From the NCBI GenBank assembly GCA_049317025.1, contig JBMOJD010000002.1, positions 20,926 to 84,925 on the forward strand: a DNA stretch of 64,000 nt. Reading direction: 5' to 3'. Under the pieces are notes generated by a model. That model was given only the letters and a program-made list of their open reading frames with translations, had not been told where the DNA came from and did no database searches. Source of the DNA: Fimbriimonas sp. (GTDB lineage: Bacteria > Armatimonadota > Fimbriimonadia > Fimbriimonadales > Fimbriimonadaceae). Of this stretch, positions 20,953-30,550 are shown one piece after another (position 1 is the first letter of the stretch; the number at the start of each line of letters is the position of its first letter). The position numbers and the translations under genes are program-made.

Positions 20953-22092
20953 CTACTTCTTCCTACCCTCGTTGAGGTCGATTCCGATCGTCCGCTCGGC
21001 TCCGTTCAAGAAGGTGTCCTTGTCTCGGATCACGGCTTGGGGTGGGAGCTGGGCGCTCTCGGTGGTCAACCCCGAGATCTTCTTGACCGCCGTGCCAATC
21101 GCCATGAATTCGATCACTCCCCCGCCTAGAGCATACACATATGTCTTGATACCAAGTACGTCATCCGCTCCGCACGCGGCGGCGTCGTTGGCGATATGTT
21201 GCAGTGCGTTCTCGCGGGCCTCATAGATAAGCGTGGTCAGTTCGCTGATTTCACCCCGTGAGAACGACTTGAAGAAGGCCGAGAGGCCGCCGACGAACCC
21301 CAGGGAGTAGACCGAAACGCCAAGCACAAGTTGGATTGGCATATATCCCATGTGGACAACATTCCACATTTCCTCATTAGTGAGGTCGCTCGTGATGGGT
21401 TCGCTCGTGAATTCCTCGCCAAGTTTGGGATGATAGGCGGCGGTGCCGATCATCACCATCTCCTGCATACCCTGGAAGGGGAGGATGCTCGTCCGGATGC
21501 CAACGACCGCATTGGCCCCGTATTGCTTGGCGTCGTCCCTGATCCTCTGCAACGCCAAGTGACGGGTTGTGTTAAAGATTTGGGAGTATTCCTTTATTTC
21601 TCCGCGTCCAAGGCCACGGAATGCACCGGTGATGCCCGCTCCGACGCCGATAGAGTAGGCCACATTGCCGAAAACAAAATGTTTCGGGTGAAATCCTGCA
21701 TCCATCTGGCAGTAGAGCTCCTGACCATCGGCGCAGCTGGAGAACTCCAGGGCGCTCGCCATCACGTCGGGACGGTGAACGCAAGACGCGATGCTGAGGA
21801 ATTCGACATTTCCGCCGTGCATCACGAGTTCGCTGGAGACACCCGTAAGGCCGACGGCTCCCTTGAGGTCGGTCCAGGCACACATTCGGTCGAACGACGC
21901 CTTTCGACCCTCTTGGATGATGCTCGTGATTTGGCCTACTTCACCACCGGTGAGGGTCTTGAACCCGGCTCCGATGGAGCCAACGAACCCGACCGAGAAG
22001 ACACTGTTGCCAATGACGAGATCGCCGGGATCCAGCCCCTTCTGCTTCAGGCAGTACATCTCGTTTCCCGAAAGTCCAGTCATGATGGCCAT
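20953..22092 (-). CDS. Triple-tandem YbjQ/UPF0145 domain protein
   Basis: 379 aa made of three roughly 120-aa repeats. Each carries G-x-S/N-V-x-S-x-G...GE(I/V)...R...A...GA(N/D)xV(V/L)GI...IGTA(V/A). Repeat 3 (GADDVLGI...AIGTAVK) aligns with E. coli YbjQ (GADAVVGI...SGTAVK). Confidence 0.75.
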   Translation of the reverse strand: MAIMTGLSGNEMYCLKQKGLDPGDLVIGNSVFSVGFVGSIGAGFKTLTGGEVGQITSIIQEGRKASFDRMCAWTDLKGAVGLTGVSSELVMHGGNVEFLSIASCVHRPDVMASALEFSSCADGQELYCQMDAGFHPKHFVFGNVAYSIGVGAGITGAFRGLGRGEIKEYSQIFNTTRHLALQRIRDDAKQYGANAVVGIRTSILPFQGMQEMVMIGTAAYHPKLGEEFTSEPITSDLTNEEMWNVVHMGYMPIQLVLGVSVYSLGFVGGLSAFFKSFSRGEISELTTLIYEARENALQHIANDAAACGADDVLGIKTYVYALGGGVIEFMAIGTAVKKISGLTTESAQLPPQAVIRDKDTFLNGAERTIGIDLNEGRKK

Positions 22093-22141
22093 GACTGGAA
22101 GTTTCGAGGTTTTGCCATCCGTTCCTTCTCAGAAGGTGACG

Positions 22142-22582
22142 TCAGACGCGGATGAATGCGCCGACCTGGGGATTCTGGTGAAGCTCCTCGAGTTCGGGCG
22201 GGCCGGGGCGTTGGGGCTTGTCTCGCTCCATGTTGACCACGCAAAGAAATCCAAGCGGCTCGCCCTCGGTTGCCCGGAATTGGTGCCAGGTCATGGGGGG
22301 CACGTGGACAACGTCGTGAGTCTGAATCTTTGTGATGGTCTCACCCACAAGGACATGACCAGATCCGCGAAGGATCATCACCATGTGCTGGTGGTCGTGC
22401 CTTTCCAGGGTCGAGTGGCCATCGGCCTGCATCTCGAAATAGCGGAGCTCGACGGGCATGTTGCCCTCGCCCTTCAGCAGAGTCTGCCGAGTGATGCTCT
22501 TGAAGTGGGTGCCGCCATCCTCTTTGTAAGGATGGATTGGCACGCCCTGCCAGGTGTAATCCCCATCGCGTGGCTGAACCAT
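22142..22582 (-). CDS. Cupin domain protein
   Basis: 146 aa. Cupin metal motif LERHDHQHMVMILRG followed by a second conserved His region (HVPPMTWHQF). Confidence 0.75.
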   Translation of the reverse strand: MVQPRDGDYTWQGVPIHPYKEDGGTHFKSITRQTLLKGEGNMPVELRYFEMQADGHSTLERHDHQHMVMILRGSGHVLVGETITKIQTHDVVHVPPMTWHQFRATEGEPLGFLCVVNMERDKPQRPGPPELEELHQNPQVGAFIRV

Positions 22583-22606
22583 GTCTAGGGATACAGTTTA
22601 CTTGCT

Positions 22607-23467
22607 CTAATGGGCACCAGTGGCCGCGACGGTTGCGCCGCCATCGAACTCAATGGCCCACTCGTTCTCCCGCTCCACATAGGTTCCGCACGGCGCGCCT
22701 TCCGGGGCGACCCGAAGTGCCTCATCATCCAATCGCGATCCATCCATCCGGAAGACCGGGAAGTAGTACTTTGCCACCTGCTCAGTCTCGGCGGCGATGT
22801 AGTGGCCAATAAGGGTTCGGCGGAATCGATCCGAACGATTCATATAAGAGCCGTGGATCACACTGCCATTGAAGAAAAGGACATCGCCCTTTTTCATGAT
22901 CGCCTGCTCGGGAGTCAGGCCGGCCGGGATCGGCGTTTCCCAATCGCCCCAGCAGATCTCGCTGAGTCCGGGAGTCTCCTTCTGGCAGATGATCGGAAGC
23001 TCTTGCGATTCGGGTACGAGGACCATGCAGCCGTTTTCCTCGTCGATATCTTCCAAAGCCATCCAGGCCGCAATGCAGGTTCCGGGTTGCACCTGCAAGT
23101 AGGTGTTGTCCTGGTGCAGGTTCTGGCCCCGGGCTCCGGGCGGCTTGAAGTAGACCATGGTCTGGACGGCGAACGGGCTCTGGCCCATGAACGCGGTCAG
23201 GTGCTCGTCAATTCTTGGGTCGACCATGTAGCCGAAAGCGACGTCGTCGCCACGATGGGGCTGAAGCAGTCGCGGGTATCGCTTCAGGGGGTCGGAATGG
23301 TTCGGGTCGACCGTGCCCTCGGCCCAGCCGTCGCCTCCACGCTCCACCATCGCAGTGAAGTACTCCCGATAGTGATCGCATTCCTCGGCGGAAAAGAGTC
23401 CACTAGCAATGGCAAATCCCTTTGCTTGATACTCGGCCAAAACTTCCGGCTGAACCATGGCATTCAT
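22607..23467 (-). CDS. Phytanoyl-CoA dioxygenase (PhyH) family Fe(II)/2-oxoglutarate oxygenase
   Basis: HQDNTY (HxD) and distal HGS motifs. The track start at 23503 would leave only 12 nt to the divergent AraC gene. The start is moved to internal MNAMVQPEVLAEY (23467), though 23503 remains possible. Confidence 0.78.
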   Translation of the reverse strand: MNAMVQPEVLAEYQAKGFAIASGLFSAEECDHYREYFTAMVERGGDGWAEGTVDPNHSDPLKRYPRLLQPHRGDDVAFGYMVDPRIDEHLTAFMGQSPFAVQTMVYFKPPGARGQNLHQDNTYLQVQPGTCIAAWMALEDIDEENGCMVLVPESQELPIICQKETPGLSEICWGDWETPIPAGLTPEQAIMKKGDVLFFNGSVIHGSYMNRSDRFRRTLIGHYIAAETEQVAKYYFPVFRMDGSRLDDEALRVAPEGAPCGTYVERENEWAIEFDGGATVAATGAH

Positions 23468-23515
23468 TATTCGCCGAACTGGTGTTGGTTCGGTATGCCA
23501 CAATTGGGCATCTCC

Positions 23516-24376
23516 ATGCGATTTTCGCCGGTTTCACAATCGCTTGAGTTCGACAAGTATGACCCCAGCGTCCCCGACTTGCATTGCGGGAGCTTCGATT
23601 CGGACGAGAACTATCGCATCATCCGGCGTCGCGGCGCGTCGTCGTGGCTCCTGACCCTCACGACCGGCGGGGCGGGCTATCACCGTACTTCGAAGCAGGA
23701 GCACCGTTCGCTTGCGGGGATCGTCACGCTCTGGGAGCCGAGGGTCTATCAGGAGTATGGGACGCTTCCAGGCGCAGGGCATTGGGCATTTCACTGGGTC
23801 CACTTTGTGCCCCATCCACACTGGCGGATGCTGTTGGATTGGGGCGTTGCCGACGAGGGCTTTCGTTCCTTGGCGGTGGACTCGGATGATCCAGTTTGGC
23901 CAGTGATCCTTAATCATTTCGAGAAGATTCAGACTCTCTTGGATCGGGCGTCGTTTTTGGATCGGGTGGAGGCGCATGCTCATCTTGAACTGCTTTGTGT
24001 GGAGCTGCGGCGGCGAACCCCGATGCAAGGATCGGGGGATTCGAGGCTGGACGACGCGATTGCCTTTGGACTTCGGCACCTTGGCGAGGCTTTTGGCGTT
24101 CGGGACCTCGCGGAGCGGGCGGGCTTGTCGCCTTCCCGATTCGCCGAGCTCTTTCTGGCGGCGACCGGGTTGCCGCCGCGGGCCTACTTCGAGCAGGAGC
24201 GAATCTCGCGGGCCCGCCAGATGCTCGCCCTGACAAATATGCCGATCAAGCTGGTTGCATTAGAGCTGGGTTTTCGCAGTGAGTTCTACTTTTCGAACCG
24301 TTTCCGCCTGCTGACCGGTCATTCGCCGAGCGAATATCGGCGCCTGCAGGAGGTGGCTACATCCGAAACAGGCTAA
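23516..24376 (+). CDS. AraC family transcriptional regulator
   Basis: The track ORF (22610..24376) is antisense to PhyH for its first 302 codons. The in-frame ATG at 23516 gives a 286-aa protein with a C-terminal double HTH ([16 protein letters not shown]...[20 protein letters not shown]). Confidence 0.8.
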   Translation: MRFSPVSQSLEFDKYDPSVPDLHCGSFDSDENYRIIRRRGASSWLLTLTTGGAGYHRTSKQEHRSLAGIVTLWEPRVYQEYGTLPGAGHWAFHWVHFVPHPHWRMLLDWGVADEGFRSLAVDSDDPVWPVILNHFEKIQTLLDRASFLDRVEAHAHLELLCVELRRRTPMQGSGDSRLDDAIAFGLRHLGEAFGVRDLAERAGLSPSRFAELFLAATGLPPRAYFEQERISRARQMLALTNMPIKLVALELGFRSEFYFSNRFRLLTGHSPSEYRRLQEVATSETG

Positions 24377-25973
24377 AGCCAGGGGGCTCGATGGGGGCGT
24401 TTCGGGCCGCCTGGATTCCGAGGCCTAGGACCCGACGCGTATGAATTGGATCGATCAAGCCATCATCCCAAAGTCTGGCGGTTGCGTAGTAGGCTGACGA
24501 TTCAATTTGGTACTTTTCGAGCGTGGGTGCACGGAATGCTTCCTGCTCTTCGGGGGTCATGGTCTCGCCTTTGGCGGCGATTTGGTCCATTTTGACGGTG
24601 AGAAGCACGTTGGCCGCCTGCTCGCCACCCATCACCGAGATGCGTGCGTTCGGCCACATCCAAAGCTGTCTTGGCCCAAAGGCTCGTCCGCACATGCCGT
24701 AGTTGCCCGCTCCGAACGATCCGCCGACGATCACGGTGAACTTGGGCACGTTGGCCGTGCTGACCGCCGTGACGAGCTTTGCGCCATGTTTGGCAATGCC
24801 TTCATTCTCATATCGACGGCCGACCATGAATCCGGTGATGTTCTGGAGAAAGACCAGGGGAATGCGCCTTTGGCAGCAAAGCTCGATGAAATGGGCACCT
24901 TTCTGGGCTGATTCACTGAACAAAATGCCGTCGTTGGCGATTACACCCACCATCTCGCCATAGATTCGTGCAAATCCGCATATCAAGGTCTGACCATATC
25001 CAGCCTTGAACTCCTGAAACTCTGAGCCATCGGTTAGTCGTGCAAGGAGCGCGCGCATGTCCATCGGTCGTCGCGTGTCGGCGGGGATCAGGCTGTAGAT
25101 TTCCTGGGTAGGAAAGAGAGGGTCTTTGGGAGCAACCGGTTCAACTCCCCAACCGACCGATCGATGCGGGCTTGGAGTGGTCTCAATGATGTTGCGGACG
25201 ATTTGCAGCGCCTCGTGGTCGTCCTGAGCCAGGTGGTCGGCTACGCCGCTGATGCGGGTGTGGACGTCGGCGCCGCCGAGGTCTTCGGCGGTCACTTCCT
25301 CGCCAGTGGCGGCCTTGACCAGCGGAGGCCCCCCGAGGAAGATGGTGCCTTGTCCCCGCACGATCACGGTTTCATCGCTCATGGCGGGCACGTAGGCGCC
25401 ACCGGCCGTGCACGAACCCATCACGCTTGCAACCTGGGGGATGCTGCGGGCACTTAGCTGGGCTTGATTAAAGAATATTCGCCCAAAGTGGTCCTTATCG
25501 GGGAAAACTTCACTTTGGAGGGGGAGAAAGGCCCCGCCGGAATCGACGAGGTAGATGCAGGGGAGCCGGTTCTCAAGGGCGACTTCTTGGGCCCGCAGGT
25601 GCTTCTTGACCGTCATCGGGAAGTAGGTGCCGCCCTTCACCGTCGCATCATTTGCCACGATCACGCATTCTCGGCCATGGATTCGGCCAATGCCGGTGAC
25701 GACGCCTGCGCTTGGAGCCCCGCCGTCGTACATTCCCTCGGCGGCGAGGGCACTGAATTCGAGAAACGCCGAACCTTCGTCGAGCAGGGCATCAACTCGC
25801 TCACGGGCGAGGAGCTTGCCCCGTTTCTTGTGTTTTGCCACGGCGTCCGGACCGCCGCCCTCCAGTGCGCACGCCGTCCGGGCATGGAAGTCGTCCATCA
25901 CCTGCCGCATGGCCTCGGCGTTTGCGCGGTGTTCGTCGTCGTTGAGGTTCACCAGGGACTGAATGGGCTCCAT
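24357..25973 (-). CDS. Acyl-CoA carboxylase carboxyltransferase subunit (methylcrotonyl-CoA carboxylase beta-like)
   Basis: Two carboxyltransferase halves. [19 protein letters not shown] near the N-terminus and a C-terminal ...FSLFRM end resemble MCC beta subunits. The start is set at ATG 25973 (MEPIQ, about 539 aa) rather than the track start at 26096. Confidence 0.85.
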   Translation of the reverse strand: MEPIQSLVNLNDDEHRANAEAMRQVMDDFHARTACALEGGGPDAVAKHKKRGKLLARERVDALLDEGSAFLEFSALAAEGMYDGGAPSAGVVTGIGRIHGRECVIVANDATVKGGTYFPMTVKKHLRAQEVALENRLPCIYLVDSGGAFLPLQSEVFPDKDHFGRIFFNQAQLSARSIPQVASVMGSCTAGGAYVPAMSDETVIVRGQGTIFLGGPPLVKAATGEEVTAEDLGGADVHTRISGVADHLAQDDHEALQIVRNIIETTPSPHRSVGWGVEPVAPKDPLFPTQEIYSLIPADTRRPMDMRALLARLTDGSEFQEFKAGYGQTLICGFARIYGEMVGVIANDGILFSESAQKGAHFIELCCQRRIPLVFLQNITGFMVGRRYENEGIAKHGAKLVTAVSTANVPKFTVIVGGSFGAGNYGMCGRAFGPRQLWMWPNARISVMGGEQAANVLLTVKMDQIAAKGETMTPEEQEAFRAPTLEKYQIESSAYYATARLWDDGLIDPIHTRRVLGLGIQAARNAPIEPPGFSLFRM

Positions 25974-26101
25974 TTCTTTGGAGTTCGTGGCGGCGAGCGC
26001 TGGTCCTTCCGTCCGCGCTCCACGTTCATAGCGAAACAAAAGGGACTCTTCCCGCATTCCCATCGTAGTCAGAATCAAAGGAACATCAAAAGGCACAAAT
26101 C

Positions 26102-26791
26102 ATGGCAAATTCACCCCTCATCCTCATCAGTGCGCTCCTCGCCGTCGCCGGAGCGGCTACTCTTATTGGCATGAGTTCCAATCAACCCGAACCCGTCGCC
26201 TCTCCCACCTCGATTCCGGCTGGCTCCAAGTCGCTCGTTGTCGCGGGCGGCTGCTTCTGGTGCCTGGAGACGATCTATGACCAGTTGGTCGGCGTCATCG
26301 ACACCGAGAGCGGCTACGCCGGGGGCAAGACGGCCAAGACCACCTATGAACAGGTCTGCATGGGTAACACTGGACACGCCGAAGTCATCAAGATCACTTA
26401 CGACCCGGCCAAAATCACCGAGAAGGAGCTGCTGAATATCTTCTTCACCTTCCACAACCCCACGACTTTGAACCGTCAAGGGCCAGATTCGGGGACCCAA
26501 TATCGCTCCGCGATCTTCTATGCGAATCCCGAAGAGAAGAAGCTCGCCGAGGATGTCATCGCCCAAATCACCAAGGAAAAGATCTGGAAGGATCCCATCG
26601 TGACGACGGTGGAGCCACTGGTCAACTACAGCCGAGCCGAAGAATATCATCAGGATTACTTCGAAAAGTTTGAGAAATCGAGCTTGGCCCAGAAGATGAC
26701 CATGAACGCGGGATACTGCTCCGCGATCATCGAGCCTAAGGTCAAAAAGTTCCGCGTGCAATTCGCTTCGAAGCTGAAGAAGAAAAGCTAA
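26102..26791 (+). CDS. msrA: Peptide-methionine (S)-S-oxide reductase MsrA, membrane-anchored/exported
   Basis: 229 aa. N-terminal hydrophobic anchor, active site GGCFWCLE and GYAGG motif. Confidence 0.9.
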   Translation: MANSPLILISALLAVAGAATLIGMSSNQPEPVASPTSIPAGSKSLVVAGGCFWCLETIYDQLVGVIDTESGYAGGKTAKTTYEQVCMGNTGHAEVIKITYDPAKITEKELLNIFFTFHNPTTLNRQGPDSGTQYRSAIFYANPEEKKLAEDVIAQITKEKIWKDPIVTTVEPLVNYSRAEEYHQDYFEKFEKSSLAQKMTMNAGYCSAIIEPKVKKFRVQFASKLKKKS

Positions 26792-26807
26792 CGGCTCCCA
26801 AACCCGG

Positions 26808-26813
26808 TAATCT
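26808..26813 (+). promoter_or_regulatory. Candidate -10 box TAATCT, 8 nt upstream of ppa ATG with no SD
   Basis: Sequence ggtaatct-ctcgggcg-ATG. Confidence 0.3.
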
Positions 26814-26821
26814 CTCGGGCG

Positions 26822-27325
26822 ATGTCGCTCCTCAATGCCAAAATTGGTGATCAGTCGCCCGAGATCTTTAATGCCGTCATCGAAATCCCTCGTGGAAGCA
26901 CGAACAAGTACGAAGTTGACGCCAAAACCGGCATCATCAAGCTTGACCGGGTCCTCTATAGCCCACTCTTCTACCCTTGCGACTATGGCTACATCCCCGA
27001 GACGCTATATCTGGACGGTGACCCGCTCGATGTTTTGGTCCTGCTGAGCCACCCAACTTTCCCCGGTTGCATCATCGAGGCCAGCGCCATCGGAGTGCTG
27101 GAGATGACCGACGAAAAAGGCCCCGACGAAAAGATCCTTGCCGTCGCCACCAAGGACCCGCGCTATGGCTACCGCCGGTCGATTTCTCAACTCAATGAGC
27201 ACACCCTGAAGGAAGTTTTGCACTTCTTCCAGATCTACAAGGACCTGGAAGAGAAGTCAGTCGAGGTGCGTGGATGGCACGACCGAGATGTCGCGGTTGA
27301 GTTGATTCGACAGTATCGGGTTTGA
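26822..27325 (+). CDS. ppa: Inorganic pyrophosphatase, family I
   Basis: 167 aa. NKYEVD, YPCDYGYIPETL and DGDPLDVLVL motifs. Confidence 0.93.
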   Translation: MSLLNAKIGDQSPEIFNAVIEIPRGSTNKYEVDAKTGIIKLDRVLYSPLFYPCDYGYIPETLYLDGDPLDVLVLLSHPTFPGCIIEASAIGVLEMTDEKGPDEKILAVATKDPRYGYRRSISQLNEHTLKEVLHFFQIYKDLEEKSVEVRGWHDRDVAVELIRQYRV

Positions 27326-27618
27326 TCTGACCACAAAAGACCTGTTGGCCCACCAGCCTCTGACAACTGGTGCGACTTGCCAGTCGGTTCTATCCTACTG
27401 TGACAAGGTGATCTACTAGGGATTCATGCTTGATCTGCCTTAACAGGTTATGGCCATCATTGCTATGCTACTCGGATGCAAGTCATCCATTGTCATCGGA
27501 TCTGCGGACATCTGGGACTTGACGTCGAAATGAACTCCATGATCATTGGTAAAGTCTGTAGGGGTCATGCCTAAGACTTAGTACAATCACATCGTCGATA
27601 GCGACAAGGACGGAAAAC

Positions 27619-28314
27619 ATGATTACGTTTTCAAACCCTCGACATGCGACCTTGCTGACACTTGCCCTGCTGGCCCTGCCATTCGGCGCGAAGGCAGTCA
27701 CCCTCAATCTTGATTACCTGCCCGGCATGGAGAACATCCCTGGTATGGCGGTTCCTCTTGCAAATCAACTCACGAACCAGTTGCTCTATCAGTCCGTGAT
27801 GGTGACAAGCGACGGTGGATTCGGTGCCGTCTCCTACGAAAACGGCTTCATTGGAACCGGATGGAAGCACAACGATGCCAGCGTGAAATCCGGGCTTGGC
27901 GGTTCAAACGCTTCTGGCCAGCTTTCCTACGACAGTCCGATAACGTTCACGTTCGTGGATCCAATCTTGGGCAGTGCACCAAGGTTCACTAGTTCGTTCT
28001 CGGCTTACACCGACTGGTGCGGTTGGGGAGAGTACGTGAGCATCACGGGTTTTGATCTCAACGGAAAAGTCGTGGCCCATACGTCTGGACATGAGCACAA
28101 CGGGAACAACGAAGTTGGAACCCAGTTCTCAATCTCAGGAGTGAACATCCACAGGGTCGTGATCTACGGTGCATGGTCGACGGCATTTAGTAACATCGCC
28201 TTTGGCACCCCCTATGTCAATCCCGTTCCCGAGCCAGCTTCCCTCGTCGTGATGCTTTCTGGAGGGCTCCACATGGTCCTGCGAGGCTGTCGCCGTCGAC
28301 GGACTGCTAAGTAA
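27619..28314 (+). CDS. PEP-CTERM sorting-domain secreted protein
   Basis: 231 aa. Signal peptide ...LALPFGAKA. C-terminus VPEPASLVVMLSGGLHMVLRGCRRRRTAK has the PEP motif, a TM helix and a basic cluster. Confidence 0.75.
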   Translation: MITFSNPRHATLLTLALLALPFGAKAVTLNLDYLPGMENIPGMAVPLANQLTNQLLYQSVMVTSDGGFGAVSYENGFIGTGWKHNDASVKSGLGGSNASGQLSYDSPITFTFVDPILGSAPRFTSSFSAYTDWCGWGEYVSITGFDLNGKVVAHTSGHEHNGNNEVGTQFSISGVNIHRVVIYGAWSTAFSNIAFGTPYVNPVPEPASLVVMLSGGLHMVLRGCRRRRTAK

Positions 28315-28361
28315 GCACCAACATGGAGCACATTTAGACGCCCAAACGGTTCATATGCCGA

Positions 28362-28367
28362 TACAAT
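28362..28367 (+). promoter_or_regulatory. Candidate -10 box TACAAT, exactly 6 nt upstream of GTG 28374 (leaderless-type arrangement)
   Basis: Sequence atacaat-tggaat-GTG with no SD. Confidence 0.4.
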
Positions 28368-28373
28368 TGGAAT

Positions 28374-30122
28374 GTGAACCGTTCTTTGGGACTCCCACAC
28401 TTGCTTAGCCTCGCCGCTATTGCCGGGGTGTCACTTGGATGGCACCAGCAAAAAATGCGCTTTGACGTTTCCTGGGTCGGGAACTCGTTCTCCGGTGCGA
28501 ACGACAAGTGGGTTCAAAATTTCTTCATCCACACCCTTGTTCATTCTGATGGAACGGTGAACACGTGGAGCCATTGGGATGAGGGCGGACGGCGGTTTGG
28601 GGTGTATCGCGATGGCGACGTGGTGGGCAACAAAGAAGTGCCGATCAGCAGCCTTGAGGCCAAGGACGCGAAGGGGCGGCTTTGGCGGCTGAACGTCGAA
28701 TACACCGACCCGAAGCACCAGGAGTGGGAGTTCGTGCCCAAGAACATCACGTGCGAGGGCAAGGTCGTGACCTTTCCCGGCCTGTTCCAACCTACGGCGT
28801 TGGCGATGGCGAAAGATGGGCAACTGATCGTCGCCGATTCGGGCACGGGTCCACGGCAGCAGGTGCTGTTCTATGATGTAACGGATGCGGCCCGGCCCAA
28901 GTTGACCAGGGCATTCGGAGACCGTGGCGGGATCGGGTCGGGGACGCCAGGAGTCATTACGCCAACCAAATTCTGGGGAATTCGGGGCGTTGGAACAGAT
29001 GCCGCCGGGAATCTCTATGTTGCCCAGAGCGAGATGGGTACTGTCCTTAGGTCGTTCACTCCCGCCGGCAAGCTTCGGTGGCAGCTATACGGGGCATTCT
29101 TCTGTGACCTCGCCGTGGCTGATCCTTCCAATGACGCGAAAGATATTTGGGGTATTCAGGAGAGGTTCGCGATGGACTGGTCGAAACCTGTGGGTAAAGA
29201 GGCAACCTGGGCGGCGTACACTCTCAATCGAAGTAAGTATCCCAACGATCCGCGAGGTCTGATGCACGTGAAGCAGCAGGGAGAGCATGGTCTGACGTCG
29301 CCCCAGATTGTGTATCTCAACGGCAAGCGATTCCTTTTCACGGGTGGAATGTTTGCCAGCAACTTCATCAACATCTTTCGATTTGATGGAGAGATCGCCG
29401 TCCCATCTGGCTTGATCATTCAATGGGAAAATGGTCTCTACAATACTGCCCTTACTTGGCCGCCAAACAAGCCCAAGCCGGTTTCGATCTGGCGAGATAC
29501 AAATGGGGATGGAGATTACCAAGCGTCGGAGTTTGCGCCAAACACTCCCCAAGTTCAGCCGGGTCCGTTTTGGGTTGATAAGAAGGGCAACATCTGGATG
29601 GCTTATGGCTTCTTTCGCTATGACCTCCAAGGACTGGATGCCAAAGGGAATCCGATTTATCAAGCTGACAAGATCACGGTACTGGATAAGCCGGAAGGGG
29701 TTGGCAAGGTTGCTCGGGTTGTCTACTTGGATGATAGTGACACGCTTGTGATTGGCGAAGAAGGGTCGGACATGCGACACCTTTCCCGGATTGTCATTTG
29801 TCCTCGATACAAGGCAGGTAACCGGAAAACTGTCTCCTTCGTGCCCGCTGCGGGGACCGAGGCAGGGTGCGTGACGGCGGCCAGGGATTATGTGTTCACC
29901 GGTGGATGGAAGGAGCGGGGAAGAATTGGCATCAATCGGCTCAGCGATGGTGCGTTTGTTGGCCTGCTGGAGCCCAACGCAACTGTCGGGGGCATCGACA
30001 ACACGGGTTGGATTGACCTCCTGACCGGAATCTCAGCCTTCCGGCGTAAAGATGGCGAATACCTTGTCTTTGTCGAAGAGAACTACAAGGCCAAGTCTTT
30101 GATCTATCGCTGGCGGCCCTAA
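28374..30122 (+). CDS. Hypothetical exported beta-propeller protein (NHL-like repeats)
   Basis: 582 aa with an N-terminal hydrophobic segment. Repeat-like blades include LAMAKDGQLIVADSG, GVGTDAAGNLYVAQSE and FWVDKKGNIWMAYG. Confidence 0.5.
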   Translation: MNRSLGLPHLLSLAAIAGVSLGWHQQKMRFDVSWVGNSFSGANDKWVQNFFIHTLVHSDGTVNTWSHWDEGGRRFGVYRDGDVVGNKEVPISSLEAKDAKGRLWRLNVEYTDPKHQEWEFVPKNITCEGKVVTFPGLFQPTALAMAKDGQLIVADSGTGPRQQVLFYDVTDAARPKLTRAFGDRGGIGSGTPGVITPTKFWGIRGVGTDAAGNLYVAQSEMGTVLRSFTPAGKLRWQLYGAFFCDLAVADPSNDAKDIWGIQERFAMDWSKPVGKEATWAAYTLNRSKYPNDPRGLMHVKQQGEHGLTSPQIVYLNGKRFLFTGGMFASNFINIFRFDGEIAVPSGLIIQWENGLYNTALTWPPNKPKPVSIWRDTNGDGDYQASEFAPNTPQVQPGPFWVDKKGNIWMAYGFFRYDLQGLDAKGNPIYQADKITVLDKPEGVGKVARVVYLDDSDTLVIGEEGSDMRHLSRIVICPRYKAGNRKTVSFVPAAGTEAGCVTAARDYVFTGGWKERGRIGINRLSDGAFVGLLEPNATVGGIDNTGWIDLLTGISAFRRKDGEYLVFVEENYKAKSLIYRWRP

Positions 30123-30550
30123 GCCAGCTTCTTGGCCATCAAGACGTGAGGTATCCCGACTTCTTCGAACTCCTCGCCACGCACTTCATATCCAAGTCGT
30201 TGGTAGAACCTGACAGCGGTCAATCGGGCATGGAGGACCATTTCAACTGCGGCCCGACTGAGGGCGTATTCCTCACTGTAGTTCACCAGCGCACTTCCTA
30301 TCCCCTGGTTCGAATGCTCTGGACGAACGGCAACCTGACGCATCTTCACCTGGCCTCCAACTAACGGCACTAGAGTCAGGCAACCCAGAATCTCATCCTG
30401 TTCGAACCCCCCCAGATGCCACTGCGAGATTTCTTCGGCAAGCTCGGATTCGGAAAATTCAAGGCCGAGTGGTTTCCGCAGGACTTCAAGGCGAAGTTGA
30501 ACGGCGGCCCAGTATTCGGGAGATTCGAAGGCGATCTCCCGAATAATCAT
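30119..30550 (-). CDS. GNAT family N-acetyltransferase
   Basis: 143 aa. MRQVAVRPEHSNQGIGSALV acetyl-CoA binding motif. ATGA overlap with the topA stop. Confidence 0.8.
   Translation of the reverse strand: MIIREIAFESPEYWAAVQLRLEVLRKPLGLEFSESELAEEISQWHLGGFEQDEILGCLTLVPLVGGQVKMRQVAVRPEHSNQGIGSALVNYSEEYALSRAAVEMVLHARLTAVRFYQRLGYEVRGEEFEEVGIPHVLMAKKLA

Noticed and set aside
22610-23515. The 588-aa plus-strand ORF suggests a very large AraC-like protein.
   Set aside because: The first 302 codons are antisense to the PhyH dioxygenase and have no motif content. The AraC-like sequence begins at the in-frame ATG at 23516.
27323-27517. Recurring GATCTG/ATCTG pentamers in the AT-rich spacer upstream of the PEP-CTERM gene.
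   Set aside because: The motif is too short and irregularly spaced to separate from chance in 293 nt.
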